Shown here: positions 63,916 to 64,000 of the stretch, piece after piece
Layout of the letters: every line of letters starts with the position of its first letter
How positions within the stretch are numbered: the first letter of the stretch is position 1
Assembly: GCA_000708835.1 (NCBI GenBank)
Contig: DF236964.1
Coordinates: forward strand, 361,206 to 425,205
Length of the DNA: 64,000 nt
Reading direction: 5' to 3'
DNA from: Klebsormidium nitens
Lineage: Eukaryota; Plantae; Klebsormidiophyceae
Position numbers and translations under genes: made by a program
Notes under the pieces: generated by a model
The model's database searches: none
Seen by the model: the letters and a program-made list of their open reading frames with translations, nothing else
What the model was told of the DNA's origin: nothing

Positions 63916-64000
63916 AAAATTATAATGGATTGTAGTATGAGAGTTTGGAACCTTTCGGGAGCTTTGTATTGAACTAGAAAAGCCACCGGATCTGGCACCG

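Noticed and set aside
1-64000. tRNA, rRNA or autonomous transposon (RT, integrase, transposase, Rep/Helicase) genes
   Set aside because: No cloverleaf, rRNA-like sequence or catalytic motifs recognised by eye; a tool search could still find degraded ones.

Overview
Eukaryotic, intron-rich genomic DNA with GT-AG introns and GC-rich exons. The gene set looks streptophyte-algal (Klebsormidium-like); this is an inference. I assembled by hand: a PhyH-type 2OG/Fe(II) dioxygenase (+), an intronless F-box/LRR gene (-), a PI3/4-kinase-like atypical kinase (-), a 15-exon tandem AAA+ ATPase of ~1360 aa (-), an uncharacterised gene with an EIN3/NRF1-like WWP motif (+), a RING-like + U-box E3 ligase (-), Rab5/RabF2 (+) and a GNAT acetyltransferase (-). 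Also present are an orphan KH-CCCH exon, a TGA-interrupted ORF, hairpins and a minisatellite. The most striking structure is the 'exon echo': many introns, above all in the AAA gene, are built from tandem, progressively decayed copies of the flanking exon-intron junctions. One 1.34-kb intron consists almost entirely of 4 donor-side and 4 acceptor-side copies, most with intact splice dinucleotides, and one gives an open in-frame extension.
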